Shown here one piece after another: positions 63,955-64,000 of a stretch of DNA of 64,000 nucleotides. Below the pieces are notes generated by a model that saw only the letters and a program-made list of their open reading frames with translations, did no database searches and was not told where the DNA came from. Both the position numbers and the translations under genes were made by a program. Source of the DNA: Gammaproteobacteria bacterium (GTDB lineage: Bacteria > Pseudomonadota > Gammaproteobacteria > Eutrophobiales > Eutrophobiaceae); assembly GCA_963422205.2 (NCBI GenBank), contig CAXMWX010000007.1:96001-160000 (forward strand). The letters run 5' to 3'. Positions within the stretch are counted from its first letter, which is position 1. Each line of letters begins with the position of its first letter.

Positions 63955-64000
63955 AAGAGAGGCAGAATGTCGAAAGGTGTCGCCGTTGCTGGTCGGGGCG

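Overview
64 kb of a gammaproteobacterial chromosome. The assignment is an inference from gene order: uvrC-pgsA-tRNA Gly/Cys/Leu, tRNA-Ser near yccA, ftsK-lolA-rarA-crcB-serS, aat-bpt-infA, comEC-exbBD-lpxK-ycaR-kdsB, lolC/E-lolD, tsaB. The core blocks are intact (purEK, icmF/liuR, glcDEF, pntAB and others). Accessory DNA lies at about 2.3-5.6 kb (IS481 remnants, Mrr, signal-peptide DNA ligase), 7.6-14.0 kb (IS1595 remnant; fused nuclease, lipase, phage and autotransporter fragments; coiled-coil cassette), 26.5-30.7 kb (lipase + RoxA-like diheme + catalase-like operon), 33.3-35.7 kb (frameshifted AT-rich GHKL ATPase at tRNA-Ser) and 61.7-64 kb (second coiled-coil cassette). Most notable: (1) a cassette present twice in inverted orientation, encoding repeat-variable, mosaic, membrane-anchored coiled-coil proteins (one 11-aa-repeat protein plus two DUF1640/CCDC90/Bdr-like proteins), with conserved leader uORFs and an autotransporter-like stub downstream; (2) a 333-nt group I intron in tRNA-Leu(UAA); (3) two families of 23-bp and 30-bp mini-insertions that I found only inside dead IS elements; (4) a possible extracytoplasmic lipid-oxidation operon. 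All calls come from reading the sequence and recognising motifs; no searches were run.
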